A DNA stretch of 64,000 nt from an uncultured Lichenicoccus sp. (lineage in GTDB: Bacteria > Pseudomonadota > Alphaproteobacteria > Acetobacterales > Acetobacteraceae): the NCBI GenBank assembly GCA_963693035.2, contig CAXMMQ010000001.1:2457-66456 (forward strand). Reading direction: 5' to 3'. The notes below the pieces were generated by a model. That model saw only the letters and a program-made list of their open reading frames with translations. It ran no database searches and had not been told where the DNA came from. The position numbers and the translations under genes were made by a program. Of this stretch, positions 40,494 to 51,887 are shown in pieces. Every line of letters starts with the position of its first letter. The stretch's first letter is position 1.

Positions 40494-42047
40494 TCAGCGC
40501 CGGGGGCGTAGCTCGCGGCCCAAAGTCGAATGCCGCATGCCGTAGAACAGATAGCAGAGCCCCCCCAGTGCCGCATAGCCGAACAGCAGCAGGGCCGGCA
40601 CCGGGTTGCCGGTGAACAGCTCGGTGACCAGGTCGATCAGCAGCGGTGCCGCCATCACGACGCAGAACAGGATGCCCAGCGACGGCACGATGCCGATCCA
40701 CACGCCGCGTACGCGCAACGCCCCGAGCGGCACCCGGAACGGCGGCACCAGGTCGGGGCGGGCATTGCGCTGCCAGATCACGGTGAAGCTGACGATGCCG
40801 AAGGCGACCGTGGTGCCGAGGCTGACCAGGTCGCTGATGATGTCGATCGGCAGGGTGGCCGCCGCCGTCGCACTCGCCACGCCGACGATGATGGTGCCGA
40901 TCCACGGCGTGCGGTATCGCGGGTGCAGGGTGTGGAAGGCGCGCGGCAGCAGCCCGTCGCGCGACATCGTGTAGAAGATGCGCGACTGGCCGTAGAGCAG
41001 CACCAGCATCACCGAGCACAGCCCGGTGACGGCGCCGATCTTGATCAGGTAGGCGAGCCACGGCCGGTGCATGGCGTCGACCGCGATCGCCAGCGGGTCG
41101 GCGACGCCGAGCTCCCGGTACGGCACGATGCCGGTCAGCACGGCGGCGACGCAGAGATAGGTAAAGGTGCAGATCGCCAGCGAGGTGAGGATGCCGATCG
41201 GCACGTCGCGCTTCGGGTTGCGCGCCTCGGCGGCAGCGCACGAGACCGCCTCGAAGCCGACATAGGCGAAGAAGATCACCGAGGCGGCACGGAACACGCC
41301 CGGCACGCCGAAGCGGAAACCACCCTGGCTGGGCGGGATGAACGGCACCCAGTTGGCCGGATGCACCGCCGAGATGCCGAGGGCCACGAAGATCACCAGC
41401 ACCGAGACCTTGATGAACACGATGACGGTGTTGACGGTGGCGCTTTCCGTCACGCCGATCACCAGGATGCCAGTGACCAGCAGGCTGGCGAAGGCGGCCA
41501 CGAGATCCAGACCCCCGCCCATCACCAGCGTGGTCAGCGGCCCGTCATGGCTGGTCAGCAGCAGCGGCGTGTGCAGCCAGAGCGGCACGTCGACGCCGAA
41601 ATCATGCAGCAGGCTGGTGGCGTAGCCGGAGAACCCGGCCGCCACCGCCGCGGTCGAGATGCCGTATTCGAGCAGCAGCAGCCAGCCGGTGGTCCAGGCG
41701 AACACCTCGCCGACGGCGGCATAGGCGTAGGTGTAGGCCGAGCCGCTGACCGGCATCACCGAGGCCAGTTCGCCATAGGAGAGGGCGGTGAACACGCAGG
41801 CGAGGCCCGCGATCAGGAACGAGATCAGCACCGCCGGCCCGGCATAGTTGGCGGCAGCACTGCCGGTCATGACATAGATGCCGGCGCCGATGGTGGAGCC
41901 GACGCCGAGCATGGTGAGGTTGATCGGGCCCAGCGTGCGCTTCAGGCCGTGCGAGGCGATCTCGGCCTCGATATGAGCGGTCGGTTTTCGCAGCATCATG
42001 CGGCTGCCGGAGCGGGCGCCACCATCAGTGGTCTGAAGCTTTTGCAT
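40494..42047 (-). CDS. APC family amino acid permease (CAT-like)
   Basis: GSTIGAGIYVMTG, ELASVMPVSGSAYTY, FFAYVGFEAV and SRDGLLP. Start 42047 or 41999. Confidence 0.93.
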   Translation of the reverse strand: MQKLQTTDGGARSGSRMMLRKPTAHIEAEIASHGLKRTLGPINLTMLGVGSTIGAGIYVMTGSAAANYAGPAVLISFLIAGLACVFTALSYGELASVMPVSGSAYTYAYAAVGEVFAWTTGWLLLLEYGISTAAVAAGFSGYATSLLHDFGVDVPLWLHTPLLLTSHDGPLTTLVMGGGLDLVAAFASLLVTGILVIGVTESATVNTVIVFIKVSVLVIFVALGISAVHPANWVPFIPPSQGGFRFGVPGVFRAASVIFFAYVGFEAVSCAAAEARNPKRDVPIGILTSLAICTFTYLCVAAVLTGIVPYRELGVADPLAIAVDAMHRPWLAYLIKIGAVTGLCSVMLVLLYGQSRIFYTMSRDGLLPRAFHTLHPRYRTPWIGTIIVGVASATAAATLPIDIISDLVSLGTTVAFGIVSFTVIWQRNARPDLVPPFRVPLGALRVRGVWIGIVPSLGILFCVVMAAPLLIDLVTELFTGNPVPALLLFGYAALGGLCYLFYGMRHSTLGRELRPRR

Positions 42048-42132
42048 AGGACCCATGCTAAAGACGTATGAACAGGCTGCCATTGCGGGTCAAGGCCGCC
42101 ACCCGGCCGGTGATCTGCGCAAGGTTCGGCTC

Positions 42133-43025
42133 ATGATCCAGGACGCGGTTCGCGCTCCGCTCGCAATCGTCACGATGGTCTATAACGAGGCGGACTTCCT
42201 GCCGGTCTGGATCCGTCACTACGCCGCGCAGGCAGGCTCCGCGCGGTGCTATGTCGTCGACCATGGCAGCGACGACGGCAGCACCGATGCCGAGCGACTG
42301 CCGCCGGAGCTCAACCTGTTGCGCATCCCGCGCTCGCCGCAGGACGACGACCGGCGATCCGGCTTCATCTCGCGGTTCTGCGCATCCCTGCTGACCTGGT
42401 ACGAGAGCGTCGTCTATGTCGACGTGGACGAGCTGCTGGTGGCCGACCCGACGCTGCACGCGTCCCTGATCGAGTTCGCCGCGCAACTGAGCCGGGATGC
42501 CGTCGTCACCGCGATCGGCCTCGACGTGGTGCACCGGCCGGACGACGAGCCGGGCCTCGACTGGCGCCGGCCGGTCAGCCGGCAGCGACGCTGGCTGCGG
42601 TTCAGCTCCTCGATGTGCAAGCCGGTGCTGATCCGCCGCGCCGTCGCCTGGGCGCCCGGGCTTCCACAATATCGATGCGGGGCCGGACTTCGCGACGCTG
42701 TTCCTGTTCCACCTGCGCTACGCGGACATGCGATCGGGCCTGCTGCGGCTCGCACGGACCCGGGCGCAGGCCTGGAGCCGGCCGGATGCCGGATCGCACC
42801 AGCGCGTCGACGATGCCAACTGGACCGGAATGCTGCACGGCATCGCCGGCCCTGCCGCAGCGCACCGACGTGACGCTGGCACCCGACGATGCCACCCTGG
42901 CGCACTGGCAGGCGCTGGTGATCGAGAGTGCGGCGAGCCGCCGCGGTGCGCTGTTCCGCATCGACCTGCATCTGAGCGGCGACGAGCTGTGGCGCCTGCC
43001 GGATCGCTTCGTCGGCAGCTACTGA
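42133..43025 (+). pseudogene. Glycosyltransferase family 2 (GT2_4-like) with two +1 frameshifts
   Basis: TMVYNEADFLPVW, VDHGSDDGST and YVDVDELLV. Continues as APGFH..LFLFHLRY after an extra G at 42658-42660, and as ALPQRTD.. after an extra base at about 42848. Confidence 0.75.
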
Positions 43026-43094
43026 AGCGGGGCAACCGCCGCACCCGGCCCGTCGTTGGCACCCAGGATAGGCAAGTGGCCGGGAGGCATCCGC

Positions 43095-43346
43095 ATGGTG
43101 ACGTTGCGACCGGGCCGGTATGTAGTGCCGTTGCTCCTGGCGGGAGTTTTCGCGTCGCTCTGCGGAGTGGCGGCGGCGCAGACGGTGCCGAAGACCAATG
43201 GGATGCCGCCCTCCGGTGTCGTGAAGCCGCCACGCCGGGTCGATCCGAAGATGTCCCGTCCGGCGCCTGCAATTCCGGCCAAGAGCATGCCGGTAATCCA
43301 CCCGGACACCACCACCAAGGACGGGACGGTGGTGGTTCCGCGCTAG
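43095..43346 (+). CDS. Small secreted Pro-rich hypothetical protein
   Basis: Signal peptide ending AAA-QT; VVKPPRRVDPKM..MPVIHP; GGAGG upstream. Confidence 0.65.
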   Translation: MVTLRPGRYVVPLLLAGVFASLCGVAAAQTVPKTNGMPPSGVVKPPRRVDPKMSRPAPAIPAKSMPVIHPDTTTKDGTVVVPR

Positions 43347-43359
43347 GCTTCGCTTAGTG

Positions 43360-43796
43360 CTACTTGGGCTTGGCTTTTTTTGCGGTTGGAGCTGTCGGCG
43401 GCTTCGCCTTGCCGCCTCTGTTCGCGGCAGATTCGACCTTCTTTGCCGGCTTCGATGCAGGGACCGGCTCGGACTTCGCCTTGTGGCTCGGTGGGCGCCC
43501 CTTCGGCACCGGTGGCTCTCGCCCTGGTCGGCAAAGCGGTCGGGGAACTCGCCGAGATTATCCTGCAGGAACGCCTCCTCGACCGGATCCTCCAGCAGCG
43601 GATCCGCGCCGGCCGCGATCGGGTTCTGCAACTGACCGGTCTCGCCCGCGGACTCCATGCCGTCGAGTTCGCGCGCCCGCTCCCAGTAGTCGGCCTCGCG
43701 GCCGGGCGGTCGGCCCTCGGCCTCCCACAGATGGTAGGCGCGCTCGCGGATGCGGTGATCGCGTTCGTGGTCTTCTTCAAGTGGGTTGCTGGGCAT
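43360..43796 (-). pseudogene. DUF2934 protein with Lys/Pro/Ala-rich tail; one -1 frameshift
   Basis: RIRERAYHLWEAEGRPPGREADYWERA. The plausible tail PPVPKGRPPSHKAKSEP..AKKAKPK* lies in another frame, with the break at about 43516-43520. Confidence 0.7.
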
Positions 43797-43822
43797 CGCC
43801 ACGTCTCCTGTCATATCGCCTC

Positions 43823-43848
43823 ATCGTCTGATCCATCCAGGCGGTTCC
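43823..43848 (-). promoter_or_regulatory. Putative EcfG (general stress sigma) promoter
   Basis: Minus strand GGAAC-N17-CGAT upstream of DUF2934; one mismatch to GGAAC-N16/17-CGTT. Confidence 0.4.
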
Positions 43849-43964
43849 GGCGCCCGCTTCGAATGCCCCCGGCCATGCATGACCCGCGCCGTCGCCGTCG
43901 AAGCCGGGACTTTTCGCGCCCGCCCAGGATCGCCATGTAGAGCCGCACTTACAAGAAGGGGGTC

Positions 43965-44507
43965 ATGATGGCCGATGCGGTACTGGGCGGCGGCTGTTTC
44001 TGGTGCGTCGAGGCGGTCTACAAGGATCTCGAGGGCGTCAGCGCCGTGCTCTCCGGCTATGCCGGCGGCCGGACCGAAAATCCGAGCTACGAGGCGGTGT
44101 GCAGCGGCACCACCGGCCATGCGGAGGTGGTCCGTATCACTTACGATCCGGCGGTGCTGAGCTATGCCGACCTGTTGCGGGTGTTCTTTACGATCCACGA
44201 CCCGACTACCCCGAACCGGCAGGGTAACGATGTCGGTACGCAATATCGCTCTGTGATCTTCGCGGAGGGCGACGAGGAGCGCCGGATCGCGCTAGCCGTG
44301 CGCGACGAGATTGCGGCGACGGGCACGTGGGACGCGCCGATCGTGACCGAGATTGCGCCGCTGCCGACATTCTATCCGGCCGAGGCCGAACATTTCGACT
44401 ACTTCGCGCTGCATCCCGGCGCCGGCTATTGTCGTGTGGTGATCGCCCCCAAGGTGAGCAAGTTCCGGAAGGCGTTTCGCGACCGCCTGAAGCAGGGCGC
44501 GGCCTGA
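43965..44507 (+). CDS. msrA: Peptide methionine sulfoxide reductase A
   Basis: GGGCFWC, GYAGG, TGHAEVV and GNDVGTQYRS. Confidence 0.96.
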   Translation: MMADAVLGGGCFWCVEAVYKDLEGVSAVLSGYAGGRTENPSYEAVCSGTTGHAEVVRITYDPAVLSYADLLRVFFTIHDPTTPNRQGNDVGTQYRSVIFAEGDEERRIALAVRDEIAATGTWDAPIVTEIAPLPTFYPAEAEHFDYFALHPGAGYCRVVIAPKVSKFRKAFRDRLKQGAA

Positions 44508-44649
44508 AGCCGGGCGCTGCGAGGCCCTGGAATATCGGCCTTGTCCGTTGTAGTTGCGGTTTAATTTGTCGGTTGATGACGGAAGCGATACCAACTGGCG
44601 GCGGGCTGGACTAGGATCGTCGGCGGACCTGACCAGGGGTGACTTGACG

Positions 44650-45636
44650 ATGATCAGGCGGCAGGTGGAGCAGCCCGCCCCAGCCTCCGCTCCGCAGTTG
44701 ACCCAGGTGGGCGACAGCCTGCGCCGGCAGCGCGAGCAGCTCGGATGGGATCTCGGCGAGGTCGCGGACTGGCTGCGCATCCGGCGGTCCTACCTGCAGG
44801 CGCTGGAGGAAGGGCGCTCGGACGGCCTACCCAGCGGCACCTACACGATCGGGTTCCTGCGCAGCTACGCGGCCGCCCTGGGTCTCGATGCGCAGGAGGC
44901 TGTCGAACGATTGCGCCGGGAGAGCCGCGGCTCCCTCGGCCACCCCGACCTCAGCTTCCCGTCCCCGGTGCCCGAGCGCGGCGTGCCGGCCGGCGCCGCC
45001 ATCCTGCTCGGCGTCGTGCTGCTGATTGGCGCCTATGCCGGCTGGTATGTGTTCAGCGCCCGCGACGCGGTGACCGTGCAGGCGGTGCCGCCGGTGCCGG
45101 ACGCCATGCTGTCGCCACCAGCTCCGCCGCCCGCGCGGACATCTGCGGCTGTCCAGATGCCCGCAAAGATGGCCGCGGTGCCGCTGCCGGCTCCGACAGT
45201 GGCGCAAGCGGCACCGCAGCCGGTTGCCGCACCTGCGCTACCGACGCCCGAACCGAGGCCGGCCGCGGCGCCCGCGGCCGCCTTGCCATCGCCGATCGTG
45301 CCGGCGGTGACTGTCGGGGTGACCCTGAAGGCGCTGGCGGCGACCTGGGTGCAGGTCCGCAAGGCCGATGGCACGGTGGTCTATGACCATGTGCTGGCTC
45401 CGGGCGACACCTGGATCGTGCCCGTCGCGACGCCGCCGCTCACGCTCACCACCGGCAATGCCGGTGGCCTGGCGCTCGCGGTTGGTGACGTCATCGGACC
45501 CGCGCTGGGCCGCTCCGGCGCGGTGCGGCGCAACCTCTCGCTCGATCCCGCCGCCGTGCATGCCCTGGATGCCGGCCTCTCCGGACCTGCCGGCGCGTCC
45601 GGGGCGTCGCCCTCCGGCCACAGACCGGCGCCGTGA
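44650..45636 (+). CDS. rodZ: RodZ-like protein (HTH + TM + DUF4115)
   Basis: LRIRRSYLQALEEG, GFLRSYAAALGL, one TM, WVQVR and LTTGNAGGL; lies upstream of ispG. Confidence 0.85.
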   Translation: MIRRQVEQPAPASAPQLTQVGDSLRRQREQLGWDLGEVADWLRIRRSYLQALEEGRSDGLPSGTYTIGFLRSYAAALGLDAQEAVERLRRESRGSLGHPDLSFPSPVPERGVPAGAAILLGVVLLIGAYAGWYVFSARDAVTVQAVPPVPDAMLSPPAPPPARTSAAVQMPAKMAAVPLPAPTVAQAAPQPVAAPALPTPEPRPAAAPAAALPSPIVPAVTVGVTLKALAATWVQVRKADGTVVYDHVLAPGDTWIVPVATPPLTLTTGNAGGLALAVGDVIGPALGRSGAVRRNLSLDPAAVHALDAGLSGPAGASGASPSGHRPAP

Positions 45637-45793
45637 CGGCGCCGACAGCACGCGCCCCTGGCCAAGCCGGGCGGTTCCTGGCAGGAAGCCGCGCAGGACC
45701 ATCTGCCATCCGGGCGATCACCCGGGCGGTCCCATCCGGAGTCCAGGCTGATCGTGTCGGCCGGCGGCTCCGTCGCATCCGGAGCAACGCGCC

Positions 45794-46948
45794 ATGAGCT
45801 ACCGTCCTTACCAGCAGATCGAGCGTCGCAAGTCACGCCAGATCCATGTCGGCCGCGTGCCGGTGGGCGGCGATGCGCCGGTGACCGTGCAGACCATGAC
45901 CAACACGCTCACCCACGACGCACAGGCCACCATCGCGCAGATCCGCCGTGCCGAGATCGCCGGCGTGGACATCGTGCGGGTGTCGTGCCCGGACGAGGAG
46001 AGCACCGCCGCACTCGCCGAGATCGTGCGCGAGGTGAACGTGCCGATCGTCGCCGACATCCATTTCCACTACAAGCGCGCCATCGAGGCGGCCCGCGCGG
46101 GCGCTGCCTGCCTGCGCATCAATCCCGGCAACATCGGCAGTCCGGAGCGGGTGCGCGAGGTGGTGCGGGCGGCACGCGAGCATGGCTGCTCGATCCGCAT
46201 CGGCGTCAATGCCGGGTCGCTGGAGCGCCACCTGCTGGAGAAATACGGCGAGCCGAACCCGGAGGCGCTGGTCGAAAGCGCGCTCGAGCACGCCAAGATC
46301 CTGCAGGACCACGACTTCCACGAGTTCAAGATCAGCGTGAAGGCGTCCGACGTGTTCCTCGCGGTGGCCGCCTACCAGCAGCTCGCCGATTGCTGCGACC
46401 ACCCGCTGCATATCGGCATCACCGAGGCCGGCGGGAAGCGCGCCGGTACCGTCAAGTCCTCGATCGGGCTCGGCGCGCTGCTCTGGGCCGGCATCGGCGA
46501 CACCGTGCGGGTGTCGCTCTCGGCGGAGCCCGAGGAGGAGGTGCATGTCGGCTGGGACATCCTGAAGTCGCTCGGCCTGCGCCATCGCGGCGTCAAGATC
46601 ATCTCCTGCCCGTCCTGCGCACGGCAGGGCTTCAACGTCATCCAGACGGTCGCGACCCTGGAGGAGCGGCTCGCGCATATCGAGACGCCGCTCTCGCTGT
46701 CAATCATCGGCTGCGTGGTGAACGGCCCCGGCGAGGCGCTGATGACCGATATCGGCGTCACCGGCGGCGGCTCCGGCCGGCACATGGTCTATGCGGCCGG
46801 CAAGCAGGACCACACCATGCCGGCCGAGGCGATGATCGAGCACGTCGTGGAACTGGTCGAGGCCAAGGCGAAGATCATCCAGGCCGAGATGGACGCCGCC
46901 AAAGCCGCCGAGGCTGCTGCCAGGACTGCCGCGGTGGCGGCGGAATAA
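45794..46948 (+). CDS. ispG: 4-hydroxy-3-methylbut-2-en-1-yl diphosphate synthase
   Basis: [28 protein letters not shown] and GCVVNGPGE. Confidence 0.98.
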   Translation: MSYRPYQQIERRKSRQIHVGRVPVGGDAPVTVQTMTNTLTHDAQATIAQIRRAEIAGVDIVRVSCPDEESTAALAEIVREVNVPIVADIHFHYKRAIEAARAGAACLRINPGNIGSPERVREVVRAAREHGCSIRIGVNAGSLERHLLEKYGEPNPEALVESALEHAKILQDHDFHEFKISVKASDVFLAVAAYQQLADCCDHPLHIGITEAGGKRAGTVKSSIGLGALLWAGIGDTVRVSLSAEPEEEVHVGWDILKSLGLRHRGVKIISCPSCARQGFNVIQTVATLEERLAHIETPLSLSIIGCVVNGPGEALMTDIGVTGGGSGRHMVYAAGKQDHTMPAEAMIEHVVELVEAKAKIIQAEMDAAKAAEAAARTAAVAAE

Positions 46949-46966
46949 CGGAGGCAGTCGAGTATC

Positions 46967-48210
46967 TTGGCAGAGGCACCGCAGCCGGTACGCGGCACCC
47001 GCGACCTGATCGGCGAGGACCAGCGCCGCTTCGCGCACGTGGTGGAAACCGCGCGCCGGGTGTGCGGCCTGTACGGCTTCGACGAGTGGGCGACGCCGAT
47101 CTTCGAGGAGACCAGGGTGTTCTCGCGCACCCTGGGCGAGACCTCTGACGTCGTCACCAAGGAGATGTACAGCTTCACCGATCGCGGCGGCGACAGCCTG
47201 ACGCTGCGTCCCGAGGGGACGGCGGCGATCTGCCGCGCGCTGGTCAGCAACGGCCTGACCCAGTCGCTGCCGCAGAAGGTGTTCTATGCCGGGCCGATGT
47301 TCCGCTACGAGCGGCCGCAGAAGGGGCGCTACCGGCAGTTCCACCAGATCGGCGCCGAGCTGATCGGGGCCGCCGAGCCGCTGGCCGACGCCGAGGTGAT
47401 CGCGCTCGGGCGCGACATCCTGGCCGCACTCGGCATCGCGGACGCCACCGTGCTGGAGCTGAACACGCTCGGCGATCCGGAAAGCCGTGCCGCCTGGCGC
47501 GACTCGCTGGTCGGCTATTTCCGCGAGGTTTCGGGACAGCTTTCCGACGACAGCCAGGCGCGGCTGGAACGCAACCCGTTGCGCATCCTGGACAGCAAGT
47601 CGCCGTCCGACCAGGCGCTGGTGGCGGAGGCGCCACGCATCGACGCCCACCTCACGCCACAGGCGTTGGCGTTCTGGGACGGGCTGCGGCGCGGACTCGA
47701 CCAGTTCGGCGTCCCGTTCCGGGTCAATCCCGGCATCGTCCGTGGGCTCGACTACTACAGCCACACCGCCTTCGAGTTCGTCACCGACAGCCTGGGTGCG
47801 CAGGGCACGGTGCTCGGCGGCGGCCGCTATGACGGGCTGGTCGCCGAGATGGGCGGCCCGCAGACACCGGCGATCGGCTGGGCCGGCGGCATCGAGCGGC
47901 TGGCGATGCTGCTGGCCTCGGCGCCGGCGACACCGGCGCCGGTGGCGGTGCTGCCAACGGGAGAAGCGACGCAGCAGGCCGCGATCGCCGTGCTGCGCTC
48001 GCTGCGCACCGCCGGGCTGCGGGCCGAGCAGTCCTGGCGCGGCAACCTCAAGCGTCGCATGGAGCGCGCCAACCGGATCGGCGCCGGCTGGGCGGTGATC
48101 CTCGGCGAGGACGAACTCGCGCGCGGGGCGGCGCAGGTGAAGCGGCTGGCCACCGGCGAGCAGGCCGAGGTGGCGCTCGACGACATCGCGGCCTACATCG
48201 CCGGCCGCCA

Positions 48211-48214
<4 letters not shown>
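46967..48214 (+). CDS. hisS: Histidyl-tRNA synthetase
   Basis: [35 protein letters not shown] and GGGRYDGL. Confidence 0.98.
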
Positions 48215-49269
<1,055 letters not shown>

Positions 49270-49740
49270 CTAGGAAACTGCAGCGTGGCACAGGCCGGAC
49301 CGCCAGGGAGCGTGGGTGGCTGCCCCGGTATTGGTCGGGTCGGCCAAGTAGAACAGGGTAAAATTGTCCGCCGCAAGCGCCTCGAAGTTGCGGCCGGATG
49401 GGTCGAGCAGGATGCCGGTGCCGTTGACCTCGTGCACCTCCGGCGCGCCGCTGCCGTTGCGCACGGTCACCAGCCCGCAGAGGACGTAGCTGTGCCGGTC
49501 GGCGCTGCTCTGCCCCGGCAGCGGCGGCACGGTGACCGGCAGGCTGATCTGGTCGTGCGCCGCATCGAGGGCAAAGGCCGCCACCCGCTGGCCGTCGACA
49601 TACAACTCGGTGGTCTCCGACAACTCCCGGTCGGCCCGCTTGTCATGCACGGTGAACGTCGCAGCGCGCGCCGGGGCGGGCGCCAGCGCGGCCAGCAACA
49701 GCGTCAGCGCGAGACTCGACAGGCGAACGGCTTCAGTCAT
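49270..49740 (-). CDS. Secreted hypothetical protein lying antisense between prfA and prmC
   Basis: Signal peptide MTEAVRLSSLALTLLLAALAPAPARA; beta-rich mature part with two Cys; GC3-rich codons. Confidence 0.7.
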   Translation of the reverse strand: MTEAVRLSSLALTLLLAALAPAPARAATFTVHDKRADRELSETTELYVDGQRVAAFALDAAHDQISLPVTVPPLPGQSSADRHSYVLCGLVTVRNGSGAPEVHEVNGTGILLDPSGRNFEALAADNFTLFYLADPTNTGAATHAPWRSGLCHAAVS

Positions 49741-49761
49741 CTGGCGGCAGGATAGGACGCG

Positions 49762-50619
49762 ATGGACCCGCACGACGAGAGCCTGTCTGTGCTGATCGGG
49801 CACGGCCAGCGCCTGTTGCAGGCGGCATCGATCGAGGATGCTCGTCACGAGTCGCGGCGCCTGCTCGCGCATGTGCTCGGAGCATCCCCGATGGCGTTGC
49901 CCGGCCGGCGTGCGGTTTCGGCGGAGCAGCGCGCCCGCTTCGAGGCCCTGCTGCTGCGGCGGGCGGCGCACGAGCCGCTGGCCTACCTCACCGGCAGCCA
50001 GGGTTTCTGGACGCTGGAGCTGGACGTCAGCGGCGACACGCTGATCCCGCGCAGCGACAGCGAGACCGTGATCGAGAGCCTGCTGCGGCTGCGGCCCGAC
50101 CGCGGCCGGGTGCGTCGCGTGCTCGACCTCGGCACCGGCAGCGGCTGCCTGCTGCTGGCGGCCCTGGGGGAATACGGACAGGCGATCGGGGTCGGCGTCG
50201 ACCTTTCGCAGCAGGCGTGTCGCCTGGCCGCCGGCAATGCCCGCCGCAACGCTCTCGCGGAGCGGGCGATGATGGTCTGCGGCCGGTGGCTCGACGCGCT
50301 GTCCGGACCGGGGTTCGATGTCATCATCAGCAACCCGCCCTACATAGCGACCGACGAGATCCCGCTTCTCATGCCCGATGTGGCCCTCTACGAGCCGCAC
50401 CTGGCGCTCAACGGCGGCGCGGATGGACTGGACGCCTACCGGATCATCCTCGGCGACGTCGACCGCCTGCTGACGCCTGGCGGGATCATCCTGCTCGAAA
50501 TCGGCCAGGACCAGCAGGCGGCGGTGATTGCACTCGGTCTCGATGCCGGCTTCCAACTGCTGGACCTCCGGCCTGATCTCGGCGGAATTGTCCGCGTTGT
50601 CGCCCTGGCGAGGGCCTGA
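49762..50619 (+). CDS. prmC: Release factor glutamine methyltransferase
   Basis: TLIPRSDSE, LDLGTGSGC, ISNPPY and GGADGL. Confidence 0.96.
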   Translation: MDPHDESLSVLIGHGQRLLQAASIEDARHESRRLLAHVLGASPMALPGRRAVSAEQRARFEALLLRRAAHEPLAYLTGSQGFWTLELDVSGDTLIPRSDSETVIESLLRLRPDRGRVRRVLDLGTGSGCLLLAALGEYGQAIGVGVDLSQQACRLAAGNARRNALAERAMMVCGRWLDALSGPGFDVIISNPPYIATDEIPLLMPDVALYEPHLALNGGADGLDAYRIILGDVDRLLTPGGIILLEIGQDQQAAVIALGLDAGFQLLDLRPDLGGIVRVVALARA

Positions 50620-50944
50620 GCCGGGCGCAGGGATGACCCGGTTGACCGGGGCAGCCAGAAATTACTTGGCAGAGCAGCCCGGGATAGCTAGATAAGTATC
50701 GTGCCGTTGTCGTCCTGAGACAGGAACGCCTCCACATAATAGTCGGGAACCGGTCATCTGATCGTCGCAGCGCCCGGATGGGTGGCAGCAGGTCCTGGCC
50801 GGAGGGCTGGCCCGGCGCTCGTAGCCGGGAACTCCGAACACGATGGCGCCCATCCGGGGCGAGACACAGAGCAGGTGGCTTCCGGGACAGCCGGATCATG
50901 CCGGGCTTTGGCAATCAGGAAAGCGCTGTGACAGACTGATGAAC

Positions 50945-51862
50945 ATGAAACGCATGCGAGGCCGCAATCATCGTCCAGGTGGCGGCGGTGGCGGCGGCAG
51001 CCCGATCCGTCATCATAACGGTCAGATCCCGCTCAATCGCAACCATGTCTTCGACAGCAACGGGCCGGACCTGCGCATACGCGGCACCGCCCAGCAGCTT
51101 TTCGAGAAATATCTGCAGCTTGGTCGCGATGCGACCAGCTCAGGCGATCGCGTCATGGCGGAAGGCTACTTCCAGCACGCAGAGCATTATTTTCGTATCC
51201 TCAACGCCATAGCCCAGGCCGCCCAACAGGGGCCGGGGCAGCAGCCCGGCCAGGGCGGTGGCCAGTACGCACAGCCCAACCAGCAGCGCCGGTCGCCGCT
51301 GGACACGGACCAGGACGATCGCGGCGAGGATCCGCTGATCACCGGCTCGACGCCGCAGCCCCCGGATCGCAATGGGGAGCGCAACGGCGATCGCTACCAG
51401 GAGCGCCAGCCGGAGCGGCAGTTCGAGCCGCGTGGCGAGCGCTACCAGGGCGACGGCAACCGCAGCGACGGCAATCGCAATGACGCCAGCCGCACTGACG
51501 GGAGAGGCGAGCGCTACCAGAACGATCGCTTCCAGGGCAATCCGGATGTCCAGCGCCCCGAACCTCAGCGCAACACCCAGCCCGACGATGCGGCCGAGGG
51601 CGTCAGCCAGCGCGGGCGGGACTTCGCGCCGCTCGAGCCGCGGCTGCCGGGCATCGAGGGCTACGGCGCGACGTCCGGCCAGCCGCCGGGATCGGAGGCC
51701 GTGACCGAAGCGGCTGGCCAGCCGGACGGTGACACCGCGGCGCCGGTGCCGGCGCCGGTCCGCGAGCGGCGGGAGCGGCAGCCCAGGCGCGAGCGCCAGC
51801 CAAAGGCGGAGCGTCCGCAGCCCGAGGAGCCGAATTCGCAACCCGAATTCTCCGACGCCTGA
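50945..51862 (+). CDS. DUF4167 domain protein with long disordered Arg/Glu/Gln/Pro-rich tail
   Basis: FDSNGPD..RGTAQQLFEKYLQLGRDA..GDRVMAEGYFQHAEHYFRI; typical position after prmC. Confidence 0.9.
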   Translation: MKRMRGRNHRPGGGGGGGSPIRHHNGQIPLNRNHVFDSNGPDLRIRGTAQQLFEKYLQLGRDATSSGDRVMAEGYFQHAEHYFRILNAIAQAAQQGPGQQPGQGGGQYAQPNQQRRSPLDTDQDDRGEDPLITGSTPQPPDRNGERNGDRYQERQPERQFEPRGERYQGDGNRSDGNRNDASRTDGRGERYQNDRFQGNPDVQRPEPQRNTQPDDAAEGVSQRGRDFAPLEPRLPGIEGYGATSGQPPGSEAVTEAAGQPDGDTAAPVPAPVRERRERQPRRERQPKAERPQPEEPNSQPEFSDA

Positions 51863-51887
51863 CTGGCATCGGGCCGCCGTTGCCGCG

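Noticed and set aside
50701-50790. TPP riboswitch (CTGAGA..CTGATC)
   Set aside because: Lacks the GGG P2 strand, the ACCTG junction and the GCGNAGGGA 3' element.
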